Positions 63,401 to 64,000 of a stretch of 64,000 nucleotides of DNA are shown piece after piece; within the stretch, counting starts at the first letter, position 1; each line of letters opens with the position of its first letter. Source of the DNA: Chthoniobacteraceae bacterium. Lineage in GTDB: Bacteria; Verrucomicrobiota; Verrucomicrobiia; Chthoniobacterales; Chthoniobacteraceae. Under the pieces are notes generated by a model. That model ran no database searches. It was not told where the DNA came from and was given only the letters and a program-made list of their open reading frames with translations. Where the stretch lies: contig JANNWY010000307.1 in NCBI GenBank assembly GCA_031409335.1, positions 32,001 to 96,000 on the forward strand, written 5' to 3'. Both the position numbers and the translations under genes were made by a program.

Positions 63401-64000
63401 AAGCGCAGCCACGCTGACCATCAACAGCACAGCCAACCACACCTTCGGCGGCAGAACGATTTCCACAGTGCAAACCACTGTCGGCACCAACACGAGAGCT
63501 CAAATTGCGGGGGCCATCTCCCTGATAAAGAATGGGGCGGGCACGTTCACCTTGGGCGGCACCCTGGCCGGTGGTGCCGTGGCGGCCGGCAACACCTTCA
63601 CCGGCAGCACCCAGATCCTGGCAGGCATCCTGGTGCTGGGTGAGACCCTTTCAATCCAGAGCAGCGCCTTCGACACGGGGAGCGTTTTGGGTGATACCAA
63701 CAACGGTCTTCGCGCCGGCATCGGCGGCACCGGCGTCACCACCCTGACCCTCGGCGGTCTCACCGGCGGCAACAGCTTCGCCAGTCGCTTCACCAGCACC
63801 ACCGGTGGCTACACCGGCTTGACCGACCTCACGCTCAATCCAGGCACCGGAGTCACCCACACCTACTCCGGCGACGTCGGCAATGGAGCTGGCGCCATGG
63901 CCCTCACCAAGTCCGGCGCGGGCACCCATGTCCTTTCCGGAACCAATACTCACACCGGCGGAACCAACATCAGCGCAGGCACGCTGTCCTTTGCCAATGG
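60471..64000 (+). CDS. Autotransporter-associated beta-strand repeat protein (partial, runs off window; absent from ORF track)
   Basis: MKPRLFSAARRSFALAGSIAALLAAPSAQANNTWDG...; the same frame at the window end reads LTKSGAGTHVLSGTNTHTGGTNISAGTL. Confidence 0.88.
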   Translation, partial: MKPRLFSAARRSFALAGSIAALLAAPSAQANNTWDGDAGGSFLWSNPVNWGSDTPPVYGTLTFSGSIGTTNVNDSITSMNGLLWTGTSAWTLNNSGGTILSLFDLGGSTPAKIENQSSGLVTINAPITFAATAGPVWGEINAVNGGITFGSGTLTVNGSQVQYIKMFGGGQTTTFNNTVSATGKAFYTTSGSGMTMAVGGAFTSGDIFIMNGSTLRLNSGGSITTSQLRLGGDFGTTLTQNLALGATFALTNASGGQSFSSGINTVGSNTSNALLIDSQNTSGTNTISSAIALDSGLRIQQAAGGSLTFSGGSINIKAQTLTVQGAGTTTINEVLGSSLGAGGSLVKTGAGTLILQGITNNYTGTTAGTLNANGTQINQGTLGIYGDLSLGVAPTSAYNNIQFTGSATLQDTANNITLAATRNISIAAGATATFDSLANTFTIPGVISGATGVVTKIGTGTLTLNGAAVNTFAGGLNANGGTLILDYSNLSTPTATTPTNLIAATNALQINNATLTITGKSLASTTTAQTFAGTTLGAGINTVNIAKGALGTSATLTLGALTLSSISLTTFSPTTAWTTVASATERVFISAGGSVNGSALVLPSGANTAFVNAGMFHRVAGGAAGSLRLAAVNSSGQLLDKANAANVGTATSGVLTDATASYQWNSSVNTTLTNTSATAYGLLLNGNSDFLTLTLAAGGTLTINSIIQIKSAQGLTFAPGSGTSNIIIGAERNLVIAMDNSSFVAITAPIANNGSTGGTGGTASALTIAGTSPGSQGAVTLGGANTYSGATTITRGTLALGNASALSTTSGLTLGGASAATLTNSGDINNIVINGPITAANSGITSTIAYGRTTSAQGSISLLGGITGGGGNVTFTTVSTSSGGNVQTIVLGGGVGSAGAYGGSTTITTGNVGNSMTLRSGIANALPTTTVLTFAQNNGSGSGRTTTFDLNGNNQTLAGLSNTGVVPENRNMTVTSGSAATLTINSTANHTFGGRTISTVQTTVGTNTRAQIAGAISLIKNGAGTFTLGGTLAGGAVAAGNTFTGSTQILAGILVLGETLSIQSSAFDTGSVLGDTNNGLRAGIGGTGVTTLTLGGLTGGNSFASRFTSTTGGYTGLTDLTLNPGTGVTHTYSGDVGNGAGAMALTKSGAGTHVLSGTNTHTGGTNISAGTLSFAN

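Noticed and set aside
1..64000. tRNA, rRNA, riboswitch or CRISPR array
   Set aside because: None recognised by eye; tRNAscan-SE and Infernal would be needed to exclude them

Overview
GC-rich bacterial DNA. The gene content (PVC-type heme-binding protein, several PEP-CTERM proteins, barrel-less autotransporter-repeat proteins, lamin-tail/CotH protein) points to a verrucomicrobium; this is an inference. 1-5.4 kb holds envelope and housekeeping genes (GNAT, two GT4 glycosyltransferases, aldo/keto reductase, tsaB). 5.6-15.1 kb holds an unusual export-like cassette: a site-2 (M50) protease-HlyD fusion, a GAF-HlyD adaptor, a divergent 1582-aa secreted multidomain protein and a DUF3467-like protein, with no ABC or RND pump nearby. 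15.2-27.7 kb holds small conserved genes, a YfiH/PgeF homolog and a Dabb > lamin-tail/CotH > PVC heme-protein operon. 27.8-64 kb is a surface-protein region with AraC, two-component and GntR/LacI regulators, four beta-strand-repeat giants (one carrying a heparinase II/III-like lyase; the last runs off the window and is missing from the ORF track), PhoD-PEP-CTERM, Ppx/GppA and a PQQ-dehydrogenase/cytochrome c multidomain protein. Additional structure read from the DNA: palindromic mini-elements (two inserted in frame inside one gene), short remnants of paralogous genes (one junction at a microhomology), a repeated structured 3' element after PEP-CTERM tails, three candidate regulon motifs, and a shared non-PEP-CTERM C-terminal domain on four secreted proteins. 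No rRNA, tRNA, CRISPR array or transposase was recognised. Family assignments come from motif recognition, not database searches.
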